A stretch of 64,000 bases of DNA from an uncultured Thermoplasmatales archaeon (GCA_964527715.1 CAZGOD010000002.1:1736-65735); one strand, 5' to 3'. Shown: positions 26,969-37,454, counted from the first letter of the stretch. Program-made: numbers and translations. Notes: generated from the letters alone by a model not told the origin.

Positions 26969-27994
26969 ATAATAGGTAACATCGCTTTTCGGGTTGATGC
27001 CTCAAAAAAAATTGGCATCGGTCATTTAATGCGTTGTTTAGCTCTATCAGAAGAATTAATGAAGAGGGGAAACGTCTGTTATTTTGTATCAAAAATTGAT
27101 GAAGATGAACTAATTACCAGAATCCAGAAGGCAAATATAATTTCTCAAAAAATAAAAAATGATGCCGACCTAGAAGAGGATTTAGAAGTATTGCTTGAAT
27201 TTTCAGATAAAAATCATATAGACTGGGTTATAACCGATCATTATGACATAGATTCCAGATATACAAAAGAGATAAAAAGAAAAGGATTCAATGTTCTATC
27301 AATAGATGATACATCTCAAATTCACTACTATTCAGATGTAGTTTTGAATCAAAACATTGGTGCTGAAAAACTTAAGTTTTCAGCAGAAAAAGATACAGAA
27401 TTTCTACTAGGGACAGATTACGTTATGATTAGAAATGAATTATTAAAGAAAGATGAAAAAATTGAGAATGAAACTGTTAAAAAAATATTAGTTACAATTG
27501 GTGGAACAGATGATGACAACTTTACTTTAAAAATTTTGAAATATTTGGAATCAATTAACAAAGATATTGAATTCAAAGTAGGGATAGGCCCGTTTAATTC
27601 ATTTTATAATGAAATTTATGAATATTCTAAAACATCAAATTGTAAAATAAGATTAATCAAATCTCCAGTGTGCATGACAGAACTTTATTTAGAATCAGAT
27701 ATAGCCATCAGCGCAGGTGGAAGTTCATGCTATGAATTAGCCTATTTTGGTATCCCAAATATTATTGTAGCTATAGCAGATAATCAGTCAAATATTGCAC
27801 ATGGATTAGACAAAAAAAATGTCAGTATGTTTGTATGTGAAAAAGAGGGATTTAATGAAAAAAAATTAATGCAAAATGTAAATGAATTAATTAACAATCA
27901 TGATTTAAGAATGAATATGATTAGGAATGGCCAACAATTAATCGATGGAAAAGGAAAAAAGCGAGTAGTAGATTTTATGGAGAGATTAAATTGA
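26969..27994 (+). CDS. pseG: UDP-2,4-diacylamido-trideoxy-altropyranose hydrolase
   Basis: IAFRVDASKKIGIGHLMRC lies upstream of the first ATG (27029); TDHY, SIDD, TIGGTD, AISAGGSSCYEL, ADNQ, DGKG; probable start is ATA at 26969 after SD GGTGAT. Confidence 0.85.
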   Translation: MIGNIAFRVDASKKIGIGHLMRCLALSEELMKRGNVCYFVSKIDEDELITRIQKANIISQKIKNDADLEEDLEVLLEFSDKNHIDWVITDHYDIDSRYTKEIKRKGFNVLSIDDTSQIHYYSDVVLNQNIGAEKLKFSAEKDTEFLLGTDYVMIRNELLKKDEKIENETVKKILVTIGGTDDDNFTLKILKYLESINKDIEFKVGIGPFNSFYNEIYEYSKTSNCKIRLIKSPVCMTELYLESDIAISAGGSSCYELAYFGIPNIIVAIADNQSNIAHGLDKKNVSMFVCEKEGFNEKKLMQNVNELINNHDLRMNMIRNGQQLIDGKGKKRVVDFMERLN

Positions 27995-29022
27995 AAAAAG
28001 AAGTTAAAATTGGGGAAAAAATAATTGGCGAAGGATACCCCACATATATAATTGCAGAAATCGGATCAAATCATAACAAGGATAAAAAGATTGCAAAAAA
28101 AATGATTGATGAAGCGGCAAAGGCCGGTGTAGATGCAGTAAAATTTCAAACTTTTAGAGCGGAAAAACTCTACTCTAAGAAAACACCAAAATTTTCAAAG
28201 GATACAGTAAAACCATTCGATTTAATAAAATCTATAGAAATTCCTAGAGAGTGGCATAAAGATTTATTATCATATGCAGGTAATAAAGGGCTAGACTTTC
28301 TCTCTTCACCATTTGATTATGAAGCAGTAGATGAACTCGATAAAATAGGTGTAATTGCTTTTAAAATTGCGTCCTTTGAAATTGTCGATCTTGAATTAAT
28401 TAAATATGTTGCAAAAAAGAAAAAAACTATCATACTTTCTACAGGTATGGCAAATCTCGGAGAAATCGAAGATGCAATAAATACGATCAAATCACAAGGT
28501 AACGATGATATAATTTTAATGCATTGTAATTCTTTGTATCCTACGCCGGTAAATGTAGTAAATCTTAACGCTATTGAAACAATGTATTCAGCTTTTAAAG
28601 TACCAGTAGGTTTTTCAGATCATACTCTTGGAACGAATATTGCAATTGCTGCAGTTACTAAAGGCGCAAAAGTTATTGAAAAACACTTTACATTGGATAG
28701 AACCATGAGTGGGCCAGATCATTCTTTCGCTATTGAGCCACATGAGTTAAAAAAGCTAGTAACTGAGATTAGAGACGTCGAAAAAGCATTGGGTAATGGT
28801 ATGAAACATAGATCTGATGATGAGGATGAAATGTTTGAAAAAGGACGAAGGAGCATTATAGCAGCAATAGATATTCCTAAAGGGATAAGAATTAAGAGGG
28901 AGATGCTTGTAATAAAAAGACCAGGTTATGGGATAAAACCGAAATTTATTGATATTGTTGCTGGAAAAACCACAAAAAAAGACATAAAAGCAGATGAATG
29001 GATCACTTGGGATATGATATAA
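27991..29022 (+). CDS. pseI: Nonulosonic (pseudaminic) acid synthase, canonical NeuB family
   Basis: IAEIGSNH, KFQT, SSPFD, KIASFE, STGM, HCNSLYP, SDHT, EKHFTLD, DHSF; TTG start. Confidence 0.88.
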   Translation: MKKEVKIGEKIIGEGYPTYIIAEIGSNHNKDKKIAKKMIDEAAKAGVDAVKFQTFRAEKLYSKKTPKFSKDTVKPFDLIKSIEIPREWHKDLLSYAGNKGLDFLSSPFDYEAVDELDKIGVIAFKIASFEIVDLELIKYVAKKKKTIILSTGMANLGEIEDAINTIKSQGNDDIILMHCNSLYPTPVNVVNLNAIETMYSAFKVPVGFSDHTLGTNIAIAAVTKGAKVIEKHFTLDRTMSGPDHSFAIEPHELKKLVTEIRDVEKALGNGMKHRSDDEDEMFEKGRRSIIAAIDIPKGIRIKREMLVIKRPGYGIKPKFIDIVAGKTTKKDIKADEWITWDMI

Positions 29023-29540
29023 TGATTAAAAACGCTTGTTTAATGGCAGGTAGACAAGCAGGAGCTATAGGAGTTTTAACTGTTTTGGCTAAAAAAATAG
29101 ATATTTTAGCAATAGTGGCATATGACGAAAATGTAGAAATGGTTTCAAAGGAATTTAAAATACCTCTTTTTGAAACAATCCATAATGGAAAATTTTTAAA
29201 AAAACTTAGTCAAGCAGATTTACTTATTTGCGTTCATGGCAAAGAAATTGTACCAGAAGAAATTCTTAATCTGCCTAAAATAAATAGTATAAACGTACAT
29301 CCTTGCTTATATAAATATAGAGGCAAAAACCCGGTTGAACGTCTTTTAAAAGATGGTAATGCTAAAGCAAGTGTCGGTGTCCACTATATGACTAAAAAAA
29401 TAGATGCAGGAAAAATAATAGCAGAGGAATTTGTTAACGTAAGTGAAATAGAGAACGTTGAAGCTGTATATAATATTCTTTATCCGTATTACTCTTTATC
29501 TCTTTCTATTGCTATAGATAAAATCAATAAGAAGTTATAA
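29022..29540 (+). CDS. N-formyltransferase (formyl-THF dependent, N-terminal domain only)
   Basis: INVHPCLYKYRG.NP and GVHYMT.KIDAGKII formyltransferase motifs; ATG overlaps the pseI stop. Confidence 0.8.
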   Translation: MIKNACLMAGRQAGAIGVLTVLAKKIDILAIVAYDENVEMVSKEFKIPLFETIHNGKFLKKLSQADLLICVHGKEIVPEEILNLPKINSINVHPCLYKYRGKNPVERLLKDGNAKASVGVHYMTKKIDAGKIIAEEFVNVSEIENVEAVYNILYPYYSLSLSIAIDKINKKL

Positions 29541-29544
29541 AGAT

Positions 29545-31206
29545 TTATTTAAGCAACTCAGCTATAACAGCATCGATTTTTTTATTTTCGTTTATTAAGT
29601 AGTTCTGTAAATTTTTTTTGTTCCACTTATTATATTTAGATTTTTTGTCATATTCAATTAAATCAATATAATGGTGTTTAAAATGTTCTAGATAATACAA
29701 ATATCTAGCAACATTTACTTTTTGTTCTTTAGAGATTTTTAGACTTTTAGCTCTATCTATAAGACCAAAATAATTCAATTTATTTTCAGGATATAATAAA
29801 TCCAAAGTTTTATGATATGGGGGAGTGCCAGCGATGATACAAGGAATACCTAAATATGTTAATTCCATACCTACACTAGATCTCCAGACAAGCCCACATG
29901 TGATATATGGATAAAGTTGCTTTACATTAAAGAGTCTTGGATTTAACAATAAAATGTTATCATATTCCTCTATATCACTTTCAATGAAAGATTCTAAAGT
30001 TTGACTTGGTTCTTTTTGGGGTTCATCCGGTCTGGACTCTGAAGGATGCGGTTTAAGAATTAAAAGATTGTCTTTATTTTTAAAAGATTCGACTGTGCTT
30101 TTAATCCAATCTAACATATTCTCGAAAGAGAGTGAGGAGTCATCCCATGGTGTATCATAAAATAAATGAGAAAAAAGAACAAAGACGGATAAATTATTAG
30201 AGTTGTATTTTTCTATTAAATCAATTACTTTTTTCTGATTTATGTTAAATTTTGATGTTTCAAATTTCTTTAAAGATTTATTGAGAGGTTTTATTAGTTC
30301 ATTTTCATCAATATCACTATTTCGAATCCTTTCTAATTCATCTTTTGTTATAATCAATCGATTTTGGACTTTTGAACGTGTTAGATTAGCTAGTGAAATA
30401 TAACTTTCTCTGGAATGATAACCAAAATAATGCATGTAACCTCTAGCTAAATCAATGTACTCAATGTCATTATTTTCTGAAAGGGAATCACATAGCAGTC
30501 TAAAAACACCATTGGGAATGTAACTTGTTTCCCAACCGACGATTTTTATTTTTTTATTTTGTTCTTTAGAATATTTTTTCAAAATTAAAAAATAGTGAAA
30601 TAATAAATCACAACTTTTTATCATTTCACTACATGTAGATATAACATTCTTATCTCTGAAATCAATCTCATATCTTTTGTATAAAGATTGTAAAGTATTT
30701 CTGATAACCGGAAAGAAATTCACATTACTGACTTCAATTTTTTCTTTTTCATAGTTAATTTTCCACTTAAAATTTAATTCAGTGTTTTTACAATCATTAT
30801 AAATTACATATTTAGATTGCCTGTTATATAAAGAGAAGCTTATTTTCGCATTATCAACAATTAATTTAGGTAAATATGATTCGGAAATATACTTTCTAAG
30901 GATAAAAGATTCATTTCTTCCAGAATTAAAAATCATACGAGATATCTTTGGAGAATAATTTCTGATGATGCCATCCCTAAACAAAAAAGAGCAGGGATAG
31001 CCTTTTTTTGATAATGCATGAGCTGTTAGAAGGTAAAGTTTTTTATAAAACTGACTACCACGATGACTGAAAAGAAATATTTTATCGGATCTTTCAATAT
31101 CCAATTTTGGTATATCCTCAAGTAATTTACGGGTTAAAAAATTGTCATTTATCATTTGAACTTTATGTTTTAAAAAGGAAAAGTGACTGCTCATGGTTAC
31201 CATCAT
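29545..31206 (-). CDS. Capsule-polysaccharide biosynthesis protein (KpsS/Capsule_synth-like), candidate ulosonate transferase
   Basis: ETSYIPNG, HLFYDT, LILKPHPSE, SSVGMELTYLGIP. Confidence 0.55.
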   Translation of the reverse strand: MMVTMSSHFSFLKHKVQMINDNFLTRKLLEDIPKLDIERSDKIFLFSHRGSQFYKKLYLLTAHALSKKGYPCSFLFRDGIIRNYSPKISRMIFNSGRNESFILRKYISESYLPKLIVDNAKISFSLYNRQSKYVIYNDCKNTELNFKWKINYEKEKIEVSNVNFFPVIRNTLQSLYKRYEIDFRDKNVISTCSEMIKSCDLLFHYFLILKKYSKEQNKKIKIVGWETSYIPNGVFRLLCDSLSENNDIEYIDLARGYMHYFGYHSRESYISLANLTRSKVQNRLIITKDELERIRNSDIDENELIKPLNKSLKKFETSKFNINQKKVIDLIEKYNSNNLSVFVLFSHLFYDTPWDDSSLSFENMLDWIKSTVESFKNKDNLLILKPHPSESRPDEPQKEPSQTLESFIESDIEEYDNILLLNPRLFNVKQLYPYITCGLVWRSSVGMELTYLGIPCIIAGTPPYHKTLDLLYPENKLNYFGLIDRAKSLKISKEQKVNVARYLYYLEHFKHHYIDLIEYDKKSKYNKWNKKNLQNYLINENKKIDAVIAELLK

Positions 31207-31417
31207 TTTAATCTAATTTATTAACATAATAATCTATTGGCCGAGGACAGATACCAGTTTTAATATAAATAGATAACTCATCATATTTCTTGTGACTTTT
31301 TTATTTATACAGAATTCTTTGAAATGAAGATGATTTTAGAAAGATTTTTGATAATCTTTATAAATATGGAAGTTACTCTCACTGAAAAAATTCAATAACA
31401 ATCAAGTTGTATGTAAT

Positions 31418-33217
31418 ATGAAAGCGAAAAAAATGAAAAAGAAAGAAAATAAGTTGAAAGCAGTTTGGTTTTTCCTTCGTCGATGTAGACTATATTTTGT
31501 GTTTATTATAGGTTTGGCCATACTTACGGGGATATTGGAAGCCTTAAATGTTGGACTAATGTATCCCATTATAAATAATATTTTGAACTCGCCAGGGGGA
31601 AAGAATTTTTTTATTACTCTTATTGATCCTTACACGAGGATTCTACCGATAGAAGATGAGCTTGTAAGATATTCAGTTGTGTTTATTATCATAGCAATCG
31701 TCACATTTGTTATTAAGACTTTATACTACCATTTATCGATAAAATTTATTGCAAAAATTGTAAAGAAGGCAAAACAAGATGTGTTCAACAAATGTATAAC
31801 ATCGGACTACCAGTTTTTTGTTGATAATAAACAAGGGGAAATACTTTATAAGACCTCGCAAGCGCCTAATAGCATAGCTAAATCATTACAGATACTATCA
31901 GATATTTTCATATATTTTTTCCTAACACTCTCAGTTTTGTCCGTGCTTCTTTTTATGTCTTGGAAACTAGTCATTATTATAATTATTGCGGGAGCCTTAT
32001 ATTTTTATTTGATCAAGTACATTAGTGCCGCAATATCATATAAGACTGGTAGAAAAAAACGTGAGTCAGGACAAAAAGAAAGAGTTATCGTAACTGAGTA
32101 TACAAGTGGGATAAAACAAATCAAAGTATTTGAAACCTATGAATATTGGAAACAAATGTTTGACAAAGCACTGGATACCTTCTGGTTTCATCATAGAAGA
32201 AATTATTTTTGGAGAAAAATCCCAGAACTCTTGCTATGGATGGTAATTTATATATCCATCGGTGGTGCCATCATAATAATAAAATTACAGTACCCTGGAA
32301 GATTCATGTACTTCCTTCCATTGATTGGTACGTTTGCAACTGGAATATTCCTAATTTTACCAAAAATTGCCCAATTTGGAAAATATAGAATGGAGTTTGT
32401 CCATGAGCTGCCTAATGTCGAAACAGTTTACGAATTGTTAAAGGATAAAAGTTATACTAAAATTAGGAATGGAACTAAAAAGTTTACGTGGTTAAAAAAA
32501 GGATTATTCTTAAGAGATGTTACTTTTTCACACAAAGAGAGAGACATCCTATTGGAGAATATCGATCTCGAAATAAAAAAAGATCAGACAACTGCACTTG
32601 TCGGCCCATCTGGTAGTGGTAAATCAACAATTGTAAACTTGTTGTTAAGACTTTATGATGTAGAAAAAGGCAGTGTCTATATAGATGATACGAACATAAA
32701 AGAATATGACATTTTTTCTTACCTTGACAGGGTGGGATTTGTAAGCCAGGATACCTTCATATTTAATGGCACAATAAAAGACAATATTGCATTTGGCAAT
32801 AACTACACTGACGGAGAAATAATAAAAGCCGCAAAGATGGCTGACGCGGATGAATTCATTCGTAAACTACCTGATAGTTACAATACCCTAGTTGGAGACC
32901 GCGGGATGAGACTCTCCGGCGGAGAGAAACAGAGGATTGCTATTGCAAGAGCGATGATAAGAAAACCTGAAATATTAATTCTAGACGAAGCGACAAGTTC
33001 TTTAGACAACATATCAGAAAACATTGTGCAAAAAGCAATTGATAAAGTATCAAAGAGCTGTACAACATTTATCATAGCTCATCGCCTGTCAACGATAAAA
33101 AACGCTAATGTCATACATATATTAGACAAGGGCAAAATTATAGAAAGCGGAACACAAGAAGAACTACTTAAGAAAAAAGGAAAATATTGGGAATTTTACA
33201 AAATTCAAAATAAATAG
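31418..33217 (+). CDS. Fused ABC transporter permease/ATPase (MsbA/PglK-like exporter)
   Basis: N-terminal TM domain; GPSGSGKST, LSGGEKQR, LDEATSSLD, AHRLST. Confidence 0.92.
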   Translation: MKAKKMKKKENKLKAVWFFLRRCRLYFVFIIGLAILTGILEALNVGLMYPIINNILNSPGGKNFFITLIDPYTRILPIEDELVRYSVVFIIIAIVTFVIKTLYYHLSIKFIAKIVKKAKQDVFNKCITSDYQFFVDNKQGEILYKTSQAPNSIAKSLQILSDIFIYFFLTLSVLSVLLFMSWKLVIIIIIAGALYFYLIKYISAAISYKTGRKKRESGQKERVIVTEYTSGIKQIKVFETYEYWKQMFDKALDTFWFHHRRNYFWRKIPELLLWMVIYISIGGAIIIIKLQYPGRFMYFLPLIGTFATGIFLILPKIAQFGKYRMEFVHELPNVETVYELLKDKSYTKIRNGTKKFTWLKKGLFLRDVTFSHKERDILLENIDLEIKKDQTTALVGPSGSGKSTIVNLLLRLYDVEKGSVYIDDTNIKEYDIFSYLDRVGFVSQDTFIFNGTIKDNIAFGNNYTDGEIIKAAKMADADEFIRKLPDSYNTLVGDRGMRLSGGEKQRIAIARAMIRKPEILILDEATSSLDNISENIVQKAIDKVSKSCTTFIIAHRLSTIKNANVIHILDKGKIIESGTQEELLKKKGKYWEFYKIQNK

Positions 33218-33230
33218 TCATTAAGGAAAC

Positions 33231-34436
33231 TTAGAGTATTTTTGAATGCGGTTTAATTTCACCAGAGGCCACAGCTCCAGGACCAATGAGGACATTGTTG
33301 CCAATTATACTACTAACATTGATTATAGAGTTAATACCTGTTTGAACATTATCACCCATTATTACCCCAAGTTTCCTAAGTTTACTATCAATTTTTTTAC
33401 CATTCAAGCTAATATTGATAGTTTTTTTATCTAAGCGGAGATTAGCTATTTTTGTTCCAGATCCAAGGTTACAGTTTTGTCCGATGACGGAATCACCGAC
33501 ATAGTTATGATGTGGTACATTAGTATTATTCATAATTATTGAATTTTTTATTTCACAAGCATTGCCAATATGACAATTGTTCCCTATTGAGGTATGAGGT
33601 CTTATGTAGCAATTTGGTCCGATTTTACAACCACTACCTATTATTACAGGTCCTTCGATATAGCTTCCAGCCATAATCCTAGAATTTTTACCAATAATAA
33701 TATTACCATTAAGGCAAGTATTTTTTTCTACATTACCTTCGATTTTTTTGTCTATTTTATCTAAAATTTCTTCATTTGCATCGAGAAGATGCCAAGGATA
33801 AGCAACATCTCTCCATTCCTTTAGTAAAACCCCTTCAATATCATTGTTTTTTATCATCATATTTATAGAATCAGTGATTTCATATTCCCCACGTGGGGAT
33901 TTTTTAGTTTTTTCTATGAAATTGAATATTTTGTTATTAAAATGATATATACCTGCATTTATAATATTTGAAAAAGGTTTTGGCATTTTCTCGTAGATTT
34001 TTACAATTTTTTTTCCTTTTGTTTCAACAATTCCATATTCCTCAGGAGAATCTACTTTTACTAGCCCTATGCTCATTTCCTTTTTTATAATATTTTTGAT
34101 ATCTTGGGATCCAAAGATTGTGTCTCCGCATAAAACAATGAATTTATTTGTGAATTTTTTCACCATTCCAATAGCATGAGCAGTTCCAAGAGCGTCTCCT
34201 TGGTTAACATAGTTTATGTTAACATTCCATTTCTCACCTTTGCCAAAATAGTTTCTTACCATTTCGCTTTTGTACCCCACGACAAAGATGAATTCTTTTA
34301 AACCAGCTTTTTTCGCGTTTAGGAGATTCCATTCCATAATGGGTTTATTTGCAATTGGGAGCATAACTTTTGGACGAGTAAATGTTAATGGATGCATCCG
34401 TTTTCCTTCGCCGGCTGCGAGTATTACACATTTCAT
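33231..34436 (-). CDS. glmU: Bifunctional sugar-1-phosphate nucleotidyltransferase/acetyltransferase (archaeal GlmU)
   Basis: LAAGEGKRMHPLT..RPK, hexapeptide repeats, HHNYVGDSVIG, NLGSGTKIAN. Confidence 0.88.
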   Translation of the reverse strand: MKCVILAAGEGKRMHPLTFTRPKVMLPIANKPIMEWNLLNAKKAGLKEFIFVVGYKSEMVRNYFGKGEKWNVNINYVNQGDALGTAHAIGMVKKFTNKFIVLCGDTIFGSQDIKNIIKKEMSIGLVKVDSPEEYGIVETKGKKIVKIYEKMPKPFSNIINAGIYHFNNKIFNFIEKTKKSPRGEYEITDSINMMIKNNDIEGVLLKEWRDVAYPWHLLDANEEILDKIDKKIEGNVEKNTCLNGNIIIGKNSRIMAGSYIEGPVIIGSGCKIGPNCYIRPHTSIGNNCHIGNACEIKNSIIMNNTNVPHHNYVGDSVIGQNCNLGSGTKIANLRLDKKTINISLNGKKIDSKLRKLGVIMGDNVQTGINSIINVSSIIGNNVLIGPGAVASGEIKPHSKIL

Positions 34437-34453
34437 ATTTTTCTAATATCTCC

Positions 34454-36268
34454 TTATTCAACTGTTACTGATTTTGCAAGATTACGGGGTTTATCAATAG
34501 GGCAACCACGCAGGTTTGCCACATGATAAGCAAGAAGTTGAAGGATGACAGTTATTGGGATACACGAAAGAAGGTCTAGATTTGAGGGAAACCTCAGGAT
34601 AAAATCAGCGTGTTTATCAATTTCGGTATCATTATCCTCAGCAATAGCTATGACTTGAGGACCTCTAGCTTTTATTTCTCCAATATTAGCAATTATTTTA
34701 TCATATGTTGAATCATTTGTAACTATTGCAACAACTGGTGTGAATTTAGTTAGAAGCGCAAAAGGCCCATGTTTAAGTTCACCAGCTGCAAAACCTTCAG
34801 CGTGAATGTATGATATCTCTTTGAGTTTCAATGCTCCTTCTAACGAAAGAGGATAGTTGATACCTCTCCCAATGAAAAAAACTGAACGGCAGTTCTTGAG
34901 ATGTTTTGCGACTTTTAATATCTCATTGTTTTGATCTAATACCTGTCTAATTTCGCGTGGTAGTTCTTTCAGTTGTAATATGTAGTTGTATAGTTCATCA
35001 GTACCAATAGTGTTTTTTATCATTGCGATTTTTAATGCGATTAAAAATAATACTAGAATCTGGGATGTAAAAGTTTTTGTTGCAGCGACACATATTTCAG
35101 GCCCTGACTGGCTGAGAATGTATGCATCACTAATCCTAGTAGCTGTACTACCTATAGTATTTGTCACTACGAGAGTTCTACATCCTGAGTTTCTGGCTTC
35201 CTTTAACGCTGCGAGTGTATCTGCTGTTTCACCAGATTGAGTGACGCCTATGATCAGTGATTTTTCGTTTCTGGTTCCAAAGTATCTATATTCTGATGCT
35301 AATTCTACGAAAACAGGTATATTCGTTAGTTTTTCTATTAAGTATTTACCTGCCAAGGATGAATAATATGAAGTGCCGCAAGCGACTATATGGATTGAAT
35401 CCAAGCCGTTACTGAGTATATTTTCTATTTTTTCATTAAATTCTATGGTTCGGTTTATCTCTGAGGCTCTGCCTCGTAAAACTTGAGTTATTGAATCGGG
35501 TTGGTCATAGATTTCTTTGAGCATAAAATGTGGAAAACCTGATTTTTCAGCGTCTTTAAAATCCCATTTTATTAGATTTACTTTCTTGTTTACCTCTTTT
35601 TTGTTTTCATCTAAAACTCTTACCGAATTTTTGGAGACAACACATATCTCTCCATCATCAAGATAGATAACTCGGTTAGTATATCTCAATAAAGCAGGTA
35701 TATCTGAAGCGATAAAGTTTTCATTGTCACCTACTCCGATTATTAGGGGGCTTTCGTTTCTAGCGCCAACAAGTTTCTCAGGTTCATCTTCACAAACAAC
35801 GGCTATGGCATATGATCCTTTGAGTTTTTTAATAGCTGAGTAAACAGCATCTTCAAGATCGCCTTTGTAGTAATTGCTGATTAAATGTGTTATTACTTCT
35901 GTGTCTGTTGCTGAGTTAAATTTTATTCCTTTTTTCTCTAACTCCTCCTTTAATTCTTTGAAATTTTCAATTATGCCATTATGTATAACCGCGATTTTTT
36001 TATTTTGACTTATATGCGGGTGAGCATTTTCACGGGTGACACTCCCATGTGTGGCCCATCTGGTATGGCCTATTCCAATATCGCCGTCTAGTGTCGGTAT
36101 TTCTTTTTCTAGTTTTGATATTTCTCCTACTTCTTTGAATATTTTTAGTTTTTTCCCGATTACTCCTATTCCAGCTGAATCATAACCTCTATACTCTAAT
36201 CTTTTTAAGCAGTCGATAAGTACTTTATCTGCTTCTCTGAAACCGTTATATCCTATTATCCCGCACAA
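34454..36268 (-). CDS. glmS: Glutamine-fructose-6-phosphate transaminase
   Basis: MCGIIG, LEYRGYDSAG, GHTRWATHG, SQSGETADT, AATKTF, ELKHGP, PRNLAKSVTVE. Confidence 0.97.
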   Translation of the reverse strand: MCGIIGYNGFREADKVLIDCLKRLEYRGYDSAGIGVIGKKLKIFKEVGEISKLEKEIPTLDGDIGIGHTRWATHGSVTRENAHPHISQNKKIAVIHNGIIENFKELKEELEKKGIKFNSATDTEVITHLISNYYKGDLEDAVYSAIKKLKGSYAIAVVCEDEPEKLVGARNESPLIIGVGDNENFIASDIPALLRYTNRVIYLDDGEICVVSKNSVRVLDENKKEVNKKVNLIKWDFKDAEKSGFPHFMLKEIYDQPDSITQVLRGRASEINRTIEFNEKIENILSNGLDSIHIVACGTSYYSSLAGKYLIEKLTNIPVFVELASEYRYFGTRNEKSLIIGVTQSGETADTLAALKEARNSGCRTLVVTNTIGSTATRISDAYILSQSGPEICVAATKTFTSQILVLFLIALKIAMIKNTIGTDELYNYILQLKELPREIRQVLDQNNEILKVAKHLKNCRSVFFIGRGINYPLSLEGALKLKEISYIHAEGFAAGELKHGPFALLTKFTPVVAIVTNDSTYDKIIANIGEIKARGPQVIAIAEDNDTEIDKHADFILRFPSNLDLLSCIPITVILQLLAYHVANLRGCPIDKPRNLAKSVTVE

Positions 36269-36269
36269 T

Positions 36270-37454
36270 TTACATCACTTTGCTTCCGCTTGAAATGTTC
36301 TTAGTTATTCTTTTTATTGGGGCGATATTGCATTTTCTTCCGATTATTACACCAGGGTCCACGACTACATGGCTACCTATGGTGCAATCCTCTCCAATCA
36401 TAGCTCCAAGGTTCTTTAATTGTTTAAATTCATGATCGATTTCTATTGTGCTACTACCCGGAACACTAGAGAAATTGTTATCAATTATACTCCCCCGGGC
36501 TATTATCGAATTTGAAATAAAAGAGCTTGAACCAATATGTGCATTGTCCATTATGACACTGTTTCTGATTTCAGAGAAAGGATGAATTACAGAGTTGTCA
36601 CCAATAGTGGTTGAGGGAAAAATGCAGGTATTTGGTCCTATTTCACATCCTTCACCTACGACTACTGGGCCAACTATATAACAACCGGAATAAATCTTGG
36701 TGTCTTTCCCAATGGATACACCACCTTTTATGGTTACTCCTTTTTCAATTACGCCGCTAACAGACGCAGTGGTGTTGTGTATCATGCTTTCATTGACTTG
36801 TATTAAGTCCCATGGGTACACAATATCCATCCAGCAGTCTGCAAGGATTGTATTTATTTGTTTTCCATCATTAATAATTGATTGTGCTACAGAAGAAAGA
36901 GCATAAGTTCCTTGGGAGGTTATTTCTTCTATTTTGTTGAATATTGTTTTTGGTAGTTTGTATATGCCTGTTGATATGAATTTACCCCTCTCCTCTTTTG
37001 GTTTTTCAACTATTTCTTTGAGATTGTTTTTTTCTATGAAAACCACTCCGTATTTTGATGGATGCGGGTGTTCTTTTATTAGAATTGAATATTCTGAGTC
37101 ATTTTTTATTAGATTTGAGATGCTATTCTGATCGATGAAGTTATCACCAGCTAAAACAATAAATGAGTTCTTCACATGTTTTTTAGCTTGTAATAATGCA
37201 TGGGCGGTTCCTAGTTGTTTATCTTGTTCAACATATGTTATTTTAATTTTTTTGTAGTCTTTAAAATAGTCCATTATTACTTCTTTTTTGTATCCTACGA
37301 CCATGATGATTTCATTTATTCCACTGTTTTTCACAGCATCAATTACATGTTCCAAGATAGGTTTATTGGCAACAGGTAACATAACCTTAGGCATTGTTTC
37401 TGTGAATGGCCTTAATCTTTTTCCTTCCCCGGCAGCGAGTATAACTGCTTTCAT
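36270..37454 (-). CDS. Second GlmU-like nucleotidyltransferase with hexapeptide repeats
   Basis: LAAGEGKRLRPFT..PK, VEKP, left-handed beta-helix C-terminus. Confidence 0.85.
   Translation of the reverse strand: MKAVILAAGEGKRLRPFTETMPKVMLPVANKPILEHVIDAVKNSGINEIIMVVGYKKEVIMDYFKDYKKIKITYVEQDKQLGTAHALLQAKKHVKNSFIVLAGDNFIDQNSISNLIKNDSEYSILIKEHPHPSKYGVVFIEKNNLKEIVEKPKEERGKFISTGIYKLPKTIFNKIEEITSQGTYALSSVAQSIINDGKQINTILADCWMDIVYPWDLIQVNESMIHNTTASVSGVIEKGVTIKGGVSIGKDTKIYSGCYIVGPVVVGEGCEIGPNTCIFPSTTIGDNSVIHPFSEIRNSVIMDNAHIGSSSFISNSIIARGSIIDNNFSSVPGSSTIEIDHEFKQLKNLGAMIGEDCTIGSHVVVDPGVIIGRKCNIAPIKRITKNISSGSKVM

Noticed and set aside
33231-37454. Duplicate glmU-like genes flanking glmS
   Set aside because: This arrangement is common in Euryarchaeota-type genomes and is not novel by itself
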